From: Planctomycetota bacterium
Lineage (GTDB): Bacteria > Planctomycetota > JAJSAM01 > JAJVHW01
DNA: 64,000 bases
Assembly: GCA_965248445.1 (NCBI GenBank)
Contig: CBDFJG010000002.1
Coordinates: forward strand, 384,001 to 448,000
Direction: 5' to 3'
The notes below the pieces were generated by a model that saw only the letters and a list, made by a program, of their open reading frames with translations, was not told where the DNA came from and made no database searches. The translations under genes were made by a program, and so were the position numbers. Positions 37,132 through 47,384 of the stretch are shown piece after piece. Numbering within the stretch: position 1 is the first letter of the stretch; every line of letters starts with the position of its first letter.

Positions 37132-38429
37132 CGCAGCGCGTCGGCCTGGCGTACCACGCGGACACGCGAGCCGTCGGCCACCTGCTCGACGTTGGTGATG
37201 ACGACCAGCTCGCCCTTCGCGAGTCCCTCGCGCACGAGCGCCACGTCGGCCAGGCGGCGCAGGATCGTGGGCCGCCGCTCCTCGATGACCGCTTCCTCAC
37301 CGTCCATGCGCGCCACGTACACGACGTCGCCCACGAACGCCTCGCGGGGGACCGCGAAGCAGTCCGGCGTCGAGCGCCCGGTGACGGTGGCGGTCACGAA
37401 CGACCCGGGCGCCGGAACGCGCGTCTCTCCGGCGGAGGTGATCTCGATGTAGGCCGCGAACGTGCGGGTCTCCGGATCGACGCTCGGGTCCACGCGGGCG
37501 ATGTCGCCGCTCCAGCGCAGGTCCTCGCGGCCGGGGACGTTCAGCGTCGCCGCCACGCCCGGTTCCACGTCCGCGTGACGGGAGGCGGGCAGCTCGACGG
37601 GCACTTCGATCCGCGACAGGTCCACCAGGTCGACGAGCGTCGTGCCCGGCGTGACGCGCTCGCCGATGCGCGCGTGGCGCATCTCGATCACGCCCGCGAA
37701 CGGCGCGCGGATCGTGGTGCGCTCGAGATCCAGCTGCGCCTGCGCGAGGTCCGCTCCGGCCGCCGCGATGTCTGCGTCGGCACGCGTCACGTCCGCGCCC
37801 GCCGTGCCGCTGCGGGTCTCGAGCGCCGCGAGAATCTGGCGGCGGGCGGACACCGCGATGCGCTGGCGATCGACGTCGCTCTTCGAGGCGGCGTGCGGGA
37901 CCATCCCGCGAATGCGGTCGAGTTCACGCTCCGCGGCGGCGAGTTCCGTCTCAGCCTCTCGGATCTGGGCGACCAGGCCGTCCTGGTCTACGCGCGCGCG
38001 CACCCTGGACGCCTCGGCTTGCCTGCGGCGGGCCTCGAGCACCGCGAGCCGGTTCTTCGCGTCCCGGTCGTCGAGGCGGACGAGTTCCTCGTTCGCCGTC
38101 ACCGAGGCGCCGGCCTCGAGTCCCTCGCGCAGCCAGATCACGGTGCCCGCGACCTCGGCGGGGACGCGGGCCATCTCGAGAGCGCGCACGCGTCCGTAGC
38201 CCGAGATCACCTCGGTGTGCGTGCCGCGCTCGAGTGCCAGGACGCGGACGGAGGTGCGAATGGGGGAGGTCGCGCCCTTCTGAGGCTCTTCCTTCATCCC
38301 CTTGAGCATCAGGAAGGCGAAGGCGCCGACGGCGAGGAAGACGACGATCAGAACCGCCGAGACGACGACGTGCGCGATGCCCCCGACCTTCGGGGGGCTC
38401 GGCTCAGGCGGTGAGGGAGCGTCCTCCAT
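37128..38429 (-). CDS. RND efflux periplasmic adaptor (membrane fusion protein)
   Basis: VPAEVAGTV, LDLERTTIRAPFAGVI, VDPETRTF, GLAKGELVV; start MEDAPS. Confidence 0.92.
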   Translation of the reverse strand: MEDAPSPPEPSPPKVGGIAHVVVSAVLIVVFLAVGAFAFLMLKGMKEEPQKGATSPIRTSVRVLALERGTHTEVISGYGRVRALEMARVPAEVAGTVIWLREGLEAGASVTANEELVRLDDRDAKNRLAVLEARRRQAEASRVRARVDQDGLVAQIREAETELAAAERELDRIRGMVPHAASKSDVDRQRIAVSARRQILAALETRSGTAGADVTRADADIAAAGADLAQAQLDLERTTIRAPFAGVIEMRHARIGERVTPGTTLVDLVDLSRIEVPVELPASRHADVEPGVAATLNVPGREDLRWSGDIARVDPSVDPETRTFAAYIEITSAGETRVPAPGSFVTATVTGRSTPDCFAVPREAFVGDVVYVARMDGEEAVIEERRPTILRRLADVALVREGLAKGELVVITNVEQVADGSRVRVVRQADALR

Positions 38430-38509
38430 CTCGTCTTTATACCCGCCTCCTGCAGGCGGGCTTCCCGAGTTCGAGACCTGACGCAGGGGGGCCGAGCGTG
38501 CGTCGCGCG

Positions 38510-39823
38510 TCAGCCGCGCAGGTCGGCCACGTCGAGGCCGGTGCGCCGCGCCGCCGCCGCGTACATGACGTCGTCGTTCACGACGGACGCGCCCTCCGAG
38601 CGGGCCCATGTGCCGGCCTCGTCCACCAGATCGAGCGCGGAGTCGGGCAGCGCACGGTCCGTGACGTACGTGGCTGCGAGATCGACCGCCAGCCGGAGCG
38701 CGGAGTCGTCGTAGGTGACGGCGTGGTGAGTCGCGAAGAGCCCGGCGCGCCGGGCGATGAGACGGTGTGAGTCCTCGACGGGGAGAGGTTGCACCTCCAC
38801 GAACTGGAAGTGCCGGCTGAGCGCCGGGTCCCGCGCGAACCCACCGTCATGCTCCGCTAGCGTCATGGCGCCTATGCACTGGATCTCGCCGCGGCGGAGC
38901 ACCGGCTTGAGCCCGGCCGCCAGCTCCGCCACGTGCGCGGGCGACCCCGCGTCCGCCGCCCTGTGCAGGTCCGGCAGGAACAGGAGGATGTCGCCCGAGC
39001 GACGGGTCTCGCGGAGGACCGCCTGGAGCCGCTCGGCGAACTGGCCGACGCTCCGCGTGCCCGCGACCAGACTCGAGGCATCGACCTCGACGATCCGCAT
39101 GCCGCGCAGCGGATCGGTCGCATCGCCGGAGGCGGTGAGCCGTGCAAGCTCCTCGACGATCGCCGTCTTGCCTGCACCCGCCGGACCGACGAGCAACGGG
39201 TTGTTGCCGCGGAGGCGCGCCAGCGTGCGCAGCGTGCGCCGGATCTCGTCACGGCGTCCTACGAAGTCCTCGAACAGCCCCTCACGCGCCTGCGCCGAGA
39301 GGTCGCGACCCAGGAGGTCGAGCGCCGGCGTCTTCGATGGCCCGGGCAGCTCCGCGAGGCGGGGGTCGTCCATCGCGTCGTCACCACTGTGCTCGAGCAG
39401 TTCCACGACTTGTTCGCGGACCCACTCGACGCGGACGCCGAGGGCACCGAGCGCCGCCGCGGCGATGCCCTTCTCCTCCCGGATCAGGCCGAGCAGCAAG
39501 TGCTCGGAGCCGATGTAGTTGTGGCCCAGGTGCTGCGCCTCCTCCAGGCAGCACTCGAGCACGACCTTGGCCCGCGGGGTGAACGGGAGCTGCCCGAACG
39601 TGACCATGCTGGTGCCGTGGGCGACGCGCTTCTCCACCTCGATGCGGATCGTCTTCAGCTCGATGTCGAGGCGCTTGAGAACGCGCGCCCCGACGCCACG
39701 TCCCTCCTGCACCAGGCCGAGCAGTCTGTGCTCGGTCCCGATGTAGTCGTGGTTGAAGCGCTGCGCCTCCTGCAGCGCCAGACTCATGATCTTGCGAGCA
39801 CGCTCTGTGAACCGGTCGAACAT
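38510..39823 (-). CDS. ClpC-like protein: Clp N domain plus first AAA+ module only
   Basis: MFDRFTERARK...HDYIGTEH, LPFTPRAK, NNPLLVGPAGAGKT, LPDSALDLVDEAG; ends before NBD2; Walker B reads LLFLPDLH. Confidence 0.88.
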   Translation of the reverse strand: MFDRFTERARKIMSLALQEAQRFNHDYIGTEHRLLGLVQEGRGVGARVLKRLDIELKTIRIEVEKRVAHGTSMVTFGQLPFTPRAKVVLECCLEEAQHLGHNYIGSEHLLLGLIREEKGIAAAALGALGVRVEWVREQVVELLEHSGDDAMDDPRLAELPGPSKTPALDLLGRDLSAQAREGLFEDFVGRRDEIRRTLRTLARLRGNNPLLVGPAGAGKTAIVEELARLTASGDATDPLRGMRIVEVDASSLVAGTRSVGQFAERLQAVLRETRRSGDILLFLPDLHRAADAGSPAHVAELAAGLKPVLRRGEIQCIGAMTLAEHDGGFARDPALSRHFQFVEVQPLPVEDSHRLIARRAGLFATHHAVTYDDSALRLAVDLAATYVTDRALPDSALDLVDEAGTWARSEGASVVNDDVMYAAAARRTGLDVADLRG

Positions 39824-39901
39824 CGATGCCTGCCCTCCGCGCGGGGGGAGACCGCACATCGTACGGGTATACGCGTCTCCCGGGAGGGCTACGGTCTCGC
39901 G

Positions 39902-41413
39902 GTGAGCCTGCTCGATTGGCTGGTGTTGGGTGCGTACGGCGTGATCGTGTTCTCGATCGGTGCGTGGGCGGCGCGGCGGCAGAAGAGCGGGGAGGACTAC
40001 TTCCTCGGGGGCCGCAACCTCGCGTGGTGGGCGGTCGGGCTGTCGCTCCTCGCCACGTCGTTCAGCGCGGCGTCGCTCGTGTCCGGCGCGCAGTTCGGGT
40101 TCCGCAACGGGATGGCGTGGATCCAGCTGCAGATGGGCGACGTCCTCGCGATGGTCATCGTTGTGGTGGTCTTTCTGCCGTTCTTCTCGTCGCTGCGGCT
40201 GACCACCGCGTACGAGTACCTCGGCCGACGGTTCGGACGGGCGACCCGCTCGGTTGCGAGCGCGCTGTTCATCCTGCAGACGCTCGCGCGCGTCGCGATC
40301 CTCGTGTACGTGCCTGCGATCACGCTGTCGGCCATGGTGGGGTGGAGCGTCGAGACCTGCATCGTGGCCACGGCGGTCGTGGCGAGCGCGTACAGCGCGA
40401 CCGGCGGGATGGCCGCGGTCGTGTGGACCGACACGCTCCAGATGCTGATCGTGGTGGGGGCGATCATCGCGTCGCTCGTCCTCATGTCCGGCGACGTCGA
40501 GGGCGGCCTGGGCGCGCTCTACACCCATGCCTCCGAGGCCGGGCGCATGGAGTTCGTGACGTGGCCGGAGAGCCGGCAGCACGCGTTCAGCAACCTGTTC
40601 ACCGTGACCGGCGCGCTCGTGCCGTATGCCGTGCTCGCGACGTCGTTGTTCGGGACGGGGCAGCAGGCCGTCCAGCGGTACCTGTCGTGCAAGGACCTGG
40701 CCGGCGCGCGCCGCGCGGCGTTGACGGGACCCGTCGTCGGCACTCTGGTGCTCGGGCTGTCGCTCCTGCTGGGTGCGCTCCTGGCGTCGTGGGCGGACAT
40801 GACCGGGGTGGTGCTCGCCGCCGACGGCGACGCGAAGGTGCTGCCGGAGTTCGTCATGCTTCGGCTGCCGGTGGGGCTGCGCGGGCTGATGCTCGCCGCA
40901 GTGTTCGCGGCGGCGATGTCGAGCCTCGACTCCGCGGTGCACTCCATGTCCACCGCCGTCCTCGTGGACTTCGTGAGGCCGAGCCGCAAGAACGCGCTCG
41001 CGCCGTCGCAGGAACTCAAGCTTGCGCGTGTGTTGACCGTCGTGTTCGGCGTCGTTGCCATCCTCGGCGCTCTCTACGCCGAGACCGTCGAGCGCACGAT
41101 CCTCGATCAACTCGTGACCTGGCTCGGCTACGCGGCCGGGCCGCTGCTCGGGATGTTCCTGCTGGGCATCACGTCGCGGCGGACGAACGAGACGGGCGTT
41201 CTTTCCGGCGTGCTCGTGGGCGTGCTGGTGGTGATCGTGCTCGTCCTCGCGGACGTGCCGTCACTCGGCGGGTTCCACCCGCTCTGGCTGGCACCCGCTT
41301 CGTGCGCGATCACCTGGCTGATCGGACGCGTGGTGAGCTCGTCGTTCCCCGCGCCGGCGCCGGAGGACATCGACGGGCTCACGTGGGCTACTCGGCCGAA
41401 GTCGCGTCCCTGA
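39902..41413 (+). CDS. Sodium:solute symporter (SSS family)
   Basis: [54 protein letters not shown]. Confidence 0.95.
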   Translation: MSLLDWLVLGAYGVIVFSIGAWAARRQKSGEDYFLGGRNLAWWAVGLSLLATSFSAASLVSGAQFGFRNGMAWIQLQMGDVLAMVIVVVVFLPFFSSLRLTTAYEYLGRRFGRATRSVASALFILQTLARVAILVYVPAITLSAMVGWSVETCIVATAVVASAYSATGGMAAVVWTDTLQMLIVVGAIIASLVLMSGDVEGGLGALYTHASEAGRMEFVTWPESRQHAFSNLFTVTGALVPYAVLATSLFGTGQQAVQRYLSCKDLAGARRAALTGPVVGTLVLGLSLLLGALLASWADMTGVVLAADGDAKVLPEFVMLRLPVGLRGLMLAAVFAAAMSSLDSAVHSMSTAVLVDFVRPSRKNALAPSQELKLARVLTVVFGVVAILGALYAETVERTILDQLVTWLGYAAGPLLGMFLLGITSRRTNETGVLSGVLVGVLVVIVLVLADVPSLGGFHPLWLAPASCAITWLIGRVVSSSFPAPAPEDIDGLTWATRPKSRP

Positions 41414-44330
41414 CACAGCGGAAGCCGATGAGCAGCTCGGCGTCGGCGTTGGTCTCGTCCACGAAGTGGAACGACTCTCCGGTGATCCCGGTGCGTCCGC
41501 TCTTGGCGGAGCCGCCCCGCACGACGCGTGCAGCGGCGCCGTCCGGCGCCTTCGCTTCGTCGGTAGTCCACTCCGCGGCGTTGCCCGCCATGTGCTGTGC
41601 TCCGTAAAGCGAAGCGCCGCCGGGGAACGAGTCGGCAGTCGCGAGCGTCTTACGCTCGCTGTCCTGGGACACGCAGCGCGTCTCTTCGAACACGTTGCCC
41701 CATGGGTACGTCCAGCCGTCGGTGCCGCGCGCGGCCTTCTCCCATTCGTCGGACGTCGGCAGGCGCTTGCCCCGCCACTTCGCGTAAGCCGCGGCCTGCG
41801 CGTACGACACGCCGACGACGGGCAGGTTGCGGAGGTGCGCCGGAGGAGTCGTGCCCTTCCAGTTGGCCGGGGGAGTGCCGTCGGCGCCCGCCACGAATTC
41901 GGCGTACTCGCGGTTGCTGACCTCCGTGCGGTCGATCAGGAAGTGCGCGACGTCCGTGGGACGTCCCTCGCCCGGACCGAGCAGGGCGGCGCCGCCCGGC
42001 ACGAAGACCATGCCGGTGCGCGAGAGCTGCTCGACGTACCTTGCGTACTCCTCCATCCAGCGGGTGCCGAAGTCGCCCTGTCGCAGGTCCTCGGGGAACG
42101 CGAGGATCACGAGCATGCCGCTGACGGCATTGCCCTCGAGCGCGGCCTTGCGGGCCGCGTTCACGGCCGCCGTGAAGGCCTTCGAGACGGCAGCGTCGTA
42201 ACGCGAGCGCGCGTCACTGCGTGCGGTGCCGATGTCCGCCGGCGGGAGGACGGGGTGACTCTCGGTGAGTGCATCCAGCTTCGCGAGCGTGGCTTCCACC
42301 TCGAGAGGGTTCGCGGCTGCCGCTGCCTTGACTTCCGCGAGCGCCGCTGTCGCGGCCTTCATCTCGGCCTCGCGGCGCACGGCGATGTGGTCCACGGGCG
42401 AGGGGCCGGGCGCCTCGGCGGGCGGCATCAGCATGAACGCGGCGGCGCCGAGCGCGCCGAGTGCCAGCAGCACGATCACCACGACGGCCAGCACGCCGCC
42501 GCGCTTCTTCGGCTTGTGCACGCGCGCCGACACCTGCTGCATCTTCTCGACGGCGGTGTCGATCTGCTGCGCCACGTGCGGCTTGCCGCCGCGGAGCAGG
42601 CGGTCGACCTCGTCGATGAACTCGCGAGCGCGTGCGTAGCGCGCGCGCGGGTCCTTCGCCATCAGCTTCTCGACGATGGTCGAGACGGTCGGCGGGACGG
42701 CGCGGTTGACCTGCTGCACTGGCACGGCCTGCTCGCGTGACTGCTTCGTCATCACCTCGATGGCCGTCTCGCCGGCGAACGGCTTGTCGCCGGTGAGCAG
42801 CTCGTAGAGCGTGCAACCGAGCGAGTAGAGATCGCTGCGTCCGTCCAGCTCTCGCCCGGCGATCTGCTCGGGCGACATGTAGAACGGCGTGCCCATCACG
42901 TCGCCGTTCTCCTCCCCGGCGCGTTGTGCGTACGCCGCGAGGCCGAAGTCGGCGACGCGCACCTCGCCCAGCGGCGTGAGCATCAGGTTGGCGGGCTTCA
43001 CGTCGCGGTGGACGATCTTCTTGCGGTGCGCAACGGCGAGGCCCTCTGCAGTCTGCTTCGCGATCAGAAGAGCCTCTTCCCACGTGAGAGAGCCCTTCTC
43101 GATGAGGACGTCGGCGACGCTGCGGCCGGCGAGCAACTGCATCACGATGTAGTGGTGTCCGCGCTCGTAGCCGACGTCGTGCACCTGGACGATGTTCGCG
43201 TGCTCGATCTGCGCGAGTGCGCGTGCCTCGACGAGGAACTGGTCGGTCTCGCGCTGCGCGTCGTCGAGCAGGACCTTCACCGCCACGCGGCGTTGCAACT
43301 GCTCGTGCATGCCCTCGTAGACGACGCCCATCGCGCCGCGTCCGATCTCGCGATCCAGCCGGCAACCACCGAGTGACGTCCCGAGCAGATCGTCGTGCTC
43401 CACCTCGGCGGCCGTCGATGCCGTCGAACTCTCGTGCACTGCCTCGGGGGCCAGCGGCTCGGGAGCGACCGGGGCCTCCTGTCCGGCGTCCGCTTCCATC
43501 GCTCGCGCGAGGTCGTGCACGTCGAACTGCTGGGTGGCGTCGGCATCGGGCACCGGTGCGCGGGCGGCTGCGGGGGCGGCTGCGGCAGCGGCGAACGCGC
43601 GCGATGCATGCAGGGAGGCATCGCCGAACTTCTCGGTCTCGCCGGGCTCGTGGTCCTCGCGCTGGCGGAACATCTCGGTGCGGCCGACGAGCTGCTCCTG
43701 TGAGGTGTCGCTCTGCGGTGCGGCCGGCGCGACGGGAGCGGATCCGGCGGTGCCGGCGAACATGCCGGGTTCGGGATCGTGGGCTGCCGACACGTCGCCA
43801 GGAACGAAACGGCCGTGACGCGCGCCGTCGAAGTTCATCGTACCCTTGTCCGATCCGCTGGTGTCAGGGGCCGGAGACGCGGGAGCAGGAGAAGCCGGAG
43901 TAGGAGAAGCCGGAGGAGACACGGCTGCGGGCGCAGCGGGGGCAGCAGGCGTCGCGGGCTTGGGACCGAACGGCGAGGGCGACGCCGCTGCGCGCCCGTC
44001 TGGTGCGCTGCTTCCGAACGGCGAAGCCTGGACAGGCACTGTCGTCTGCATCGGCGCCGTCTGCATCGGGGCCGGTTGGAGTTGCGCCGGCTGGAGGCCC
44101 GCGGCCGCGGCGGCGGGGAGCGCATGCGTCGGCGGCGGGAGTGCCTCGCGGAGCATCGCCACCGTCGCCGCGTCGAGACCTCCGGTGCGCTCGAGAGCGG
44201 CCAGGAGGTCGACGGTCTCACCGCCCTCGATCAGTTCGTCGCGGAGCTTCTCGGCCGCGTCGAGCGCCTGTTCGTCGCACAGGCCCGCCTCGAGGCAGGA
44301 CTCGCGCAGTTCCAGATCGGCGTTGTGCAT
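41388..44330 (-). CDS. Ser/Thr kinase with TM segment and C-terminal FGE-sulfatase (SUMF1-like) domain
   Basis: [56 protein letters not shown]; long Pro/Ala-rich N-terminus. Confidence 0.9.
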   Translation of the reverse strand: MHNADLELRESCLEAGLCDEQALDAAEKLRDELIEGGETVDLLAALERTGGLDAATVAMLREALPPPTHALPAAAAAGLQPAQLQPAPMQTAPMQTTVPVQASPFGSSAPDGRAAASPSPFGPKPATPAAPAAPAAVSPPASPTPASPAPASPAPDTSGSDKGTMNFDGARHGRFVPGDVSAAHDPEPGMFAGTAGSAPVAPAAPQSDTSQEQLVGRTEMFRQREDHEPGETEKFGDASLHASRAFAAAAAAPAAARAPVPDADATQQFDVHDLARAMEADAGQEAPVAPEPLAPEAVHESSTASTAAEVEHDDLLGTSLGGCRLDREIGRGAMGVVYEGMHEQLQRRVAVKVLLDDAQRETDQFLVEARALAQIEHANIVQVHDVGYERGHHYIVMQLLAGRSVADVLIEKGSLTWEEALLIAKQTAEGLAVAHRKKIVHRDVKPANLMLTPLGEVRVADFGLAAYAQRAGEENGDVMGTPFYMSPEQIAGRELDGRSDLYSLGCTLYELLTGDKPFAGETAIEVMTKQSREQAVPVQQVNRAVPPTVSTIVEKLMAKDPRARYARAREFIDEVDRLLRGGKPHVAQQIDTAVEKMQQVSARVHKPKKRGGVLAVVVIVLLALGALGAAAFMLMPPAEAPGPSPVDHIAVRREAEMKAATAALAEVKAAAAANPLEVEATLAKLDALTESHPVLPPADIGTARSDARSRYDAAVSKAFTAAVNAARKAALEGNAVSGMLVILAFPEDLRQGDFGTRWMEEYARYVEQLSRTGMVFVPGGAALLGPGEGRPTDVAHFLIDRTEVSNREYAEFVAGADGTPPANWKGTTPPAHLRNLPVVGVSYAQAAAYAKWRGKRLPTSDEWEKAARGTDGWTYPWGNVFEETRCVSQDSERKTLATADSFPGGASLYGAQHMAGNAAEWTTDEAKAPDGAAARVVRGGSAKSGRTGITGESFHFVDETNADAELLIGFRCVRDATSAE

Positions 44331-44493
44331 CGGCTCGCTCCCGCTTCCTGGGTTCGGCCTCGCGCAACGAGGCCTCTCGTCACATCGAGATGCCGCGGGC
44401 CCGGGCTTGAGCCAGGCACGAGCCTGAATGGGGCTGAGATCGGTGGGGATCGGCGGCCTCAAGGCCCTCTCGTCCGGCTACCGATCCACTCTC

Positions 44494-47209
44494 ATGGACA
44501 GTGCACGTCTGGCCGACGTCGCCCAGGAGCCCCTGGTCGAGGCGTTGAACCGCATCGCCGGGTCGCGCGGTGTGTGCACGCTCACGGCGTCGGACGGCAT
44601 CAGCGAGCGGATCGTGTACTTCGCCGACGGCGGGGTGCGGATATTCAGCGCGGGTGTCTACGCGCCGGCCCGCCTCGAGGACGTCCTCGTCTCGATGGGC
44701 GTGTTGGAGGCGGACGGCGTCGATGCCCTGCTGGCGGCGGCACGCGATGCGCACAAGCCGGTCGGCGAAACGGCCGTCGCGCGCGGCATGGCGCGCCTGC
44801 GGGACCTCTCTGCGGGGCTGCACGAACTGATCGTCGAGGAACTGCTCGCGATGCTCGTCTGGCACGGCGCGCAGTTCCGGTCGGCGGAGGGCGTGCCGCC
44901 CGAGGACGTACACGGCGAGCGCTTCACGTCCGTGTCCGTCACATGCGACTCCCGAGAGTTCATTCAAGCGGTGCTGCGGCGGATCGATGCCTGCCGTCCC
45001 GCGAGTGGCCGGTTGCCCGCAGCGACCGACTACCTCGAGGCCGTGGTAGACGCGTCTCCTCACACGGCACCGGACGTCTGGCGTTTCCTCACGTCGCTGG
45101 ACGGTGAACGTCCGCCGCCGGCTGGCGGGCGCATACGAGCGCGCCGGCGAGAAGTCGCGCGCCGCGGGACAGTGGCGATGGCTGGGCGACCAGCACCGCG
45201 CGAGACGCGAGTTCGATGCAGCACTCTCGTGCTACCGCGCGGCTGTCCGACAGGTGCCCGCGGACTTCCAGACCCGCGAGCTGATCCTCGAGATCCACCG
45301 GCACCGTCGGGACGACAAGCAACTCGTCGCCGACGGTCGCCCGCTCGCAGACCTCCTGCTGCGTCACAACCTCGCGGACCGCGCGCGGAAGCTGCTGCAG
45401 CAACTGGTGCAGCTGCTCCCGGACGACGCGGCACTCCGGCGGGAGTACGCGCTCGTGCTGACGGCGCTCGGCCACGGCGGAGCGGCCATCGAACAACTGC
45501 ACAAGCTCGCCGAGATCCTGAAGAAGCGCCGCGCGCCGGATCACGAGCTGCGCGACGTACACCTGCGCGTGCTCGCGCTCGACTCGAGCAACCGTCCCTC
45601 CGGCATCGCGTACGCCAAGCTGACCGGGACGCGTGCCTATCGGCGGCTCCTGCTGGCGGCGACCGGCGTGATCGTCGTGGCTGCCATCGGGGCAGGTCTG
45701 TTCGTGATGCGCGAGTACCAGAGCCGCGAGGAGCTCGCCATCGCCCTCGCCCAAGTGGACGAACTCGTGCGCGACGGCCGGTACGAGGACGCTGCGACTG
45801 AGCTGTCACGCCTCGAAGTCGAGCACCGCTTCACGCGCTCCGCCGAGATGGTGCGCGCGTACCGCGAGTCCGTGGACGCCGCGCGACAGGCGAGCGTGCC
45901 CGTGGTGAAGCCGGTGGGCACTTCGCTGACGACGCTCGCTGCGGAGCACATGGCGACAGCGGCGTTCGACGCCGAGGACGCCGGCGACCTCGAGAAGGCG
46001 CACGAGATCCTCGCGCGACTCGTTGCCACCCACCCGGACACCGAGGCGGCGCAGACTGCCGAGGTCCCGCTGCGCGTCACGCCGATACCGAGCGACGCGA
46101 CGGTCTACCTAGACGGAGTGGAGCTTGGTCAGGGCGATGTGGAGCTTCGCTACACGCCGGCGAGACCCGCCGTGCTCCGCGTGGAGCGTCTGCGCTTCGA
46201 GCCGGTCGAGAGGACGCTGTCGGCGGTCGAGGAACTGGACCTCACCGTCGCACTCTCCAAGCCCATGCTCTGGCGCCAGGCCTATGATGCCGAGATCGTG
46301 GCGCAGCCACTCGTGCTGCACCGACGCCTTGTGATCGCACTCTCGGATCGCACGGTCGCGTCCGTGCATCCGGGCGCCGGCGACGTGCTCTGGCGCACGC
46401 CGCTTGGTATGTACGACGAGATCACCGCCGGACCGATCGAGTCGGTGCAGGGCGTGCTCGTCGGTACTGCTGCGGGCAACGTGTTCTGCCTCGACGTGGC
46501 GACGGGCGAAGTGCGATGGAGCGCCACCCTCGAGAAGCCCGTGGTCGGTCCGTTCCTCGGAGGTGTGGTTCCCTCGGTCACGCTCGCGGACGGGTCGTTC
46601 CATGCGCCGGCTTCCGCGGGCCTGCCTCCGACCGATCCCGGTGCGGTGACACCTGGTACGCAGCTGGTCCTGTCCGGCAACAGATCGGTCGCGTTCGCCG
46701 ACGGTGACGGACACCTCCGTGTGGGGCCTGCCTTTGATCCTGCGAAGTGGTCGGCTCCCGGGAGCGCGGTGCTCATCGCACCCCCGGCAGCGGAAGAGGG
46801 CGCCCGGCGTATCTGGGGCCTCTGCGCCGACGGCCAGCTCCGGCTCTACACGAAGAGCGCCCGCATGCTCCGCGCGCTCCCGGCTCCGGATGCCCTGCCG
46901 CTCGCGCCGTGCGCGGTGGCGGACACCGCGATCATCGCCTGCGAAGGAGGGCGGCTCCTCGCCTACCGCGCGAGCGGCGAGGTCGTCTTCGACATCTCGC
47001 TGCCGGAGGAGGCTGCGAAGACGCCGGTGCTCTCCGCCGGGCGCCTCCTCGTGTGCGGCACCGGCGGCACGCTGTTCGTCCTCGACGCGGAGACCGGCCA
47101 GGAGAAGTGGCGCCTCGCAACGGGCACGCCGATGACGCAGCAGGCCGCGGCGACCACCTCACGCATCTACGTCGCCGCGGGCGATTCGGTCTTCGCCGTC
47201 GAGCGGTAG
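44494..47209 (+). pseudogene. DUF4388-like, TPR, PEGA and PQQ-like propeller protein, frame broken near 45100
   Basis: N-part (RIVYFADGGVR, MLVWHGAQF) protein-like to FLTSLDG; continues in another frame (VRRRLAGAYERAG, TM, PEGA, PQQ repeats). Confidence 0.72.
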
Positions 47210-47292
47210 CGGAGGCCCTCTAGAACGAGCTTGCACTCGTTGCGTGAATAGCGGAAGGCGCGACGGTTGCGAAGCAAGCGGCGTGACTGGAG

Positions 47293-47325
47293 CCCTTCGT
47301 AGCCGCCGGAGGCGGCGTAGAAGGG
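47293..47325. other. Strong intergenic hairpin (terminator or small repeat element)
   Basis: CCCTTC-GTA-GCCGCC-GGA-GGCGGC-GTA-GAAGGG between convergent genes. Confidence 0.55.
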
Positions 47326-47384
47326 ACACAAACTAGATGTAGCGAGGCGCGCTGGGCGCCCCGCGCCCGGCGTGACCGCTGCAG

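Noticed and set aside
39824..41110. 866-aa ClpC fusion in the ORF track
   Set aside because: The upstream part is antisense to the symporter; the real start is MFDRFT at 39823.
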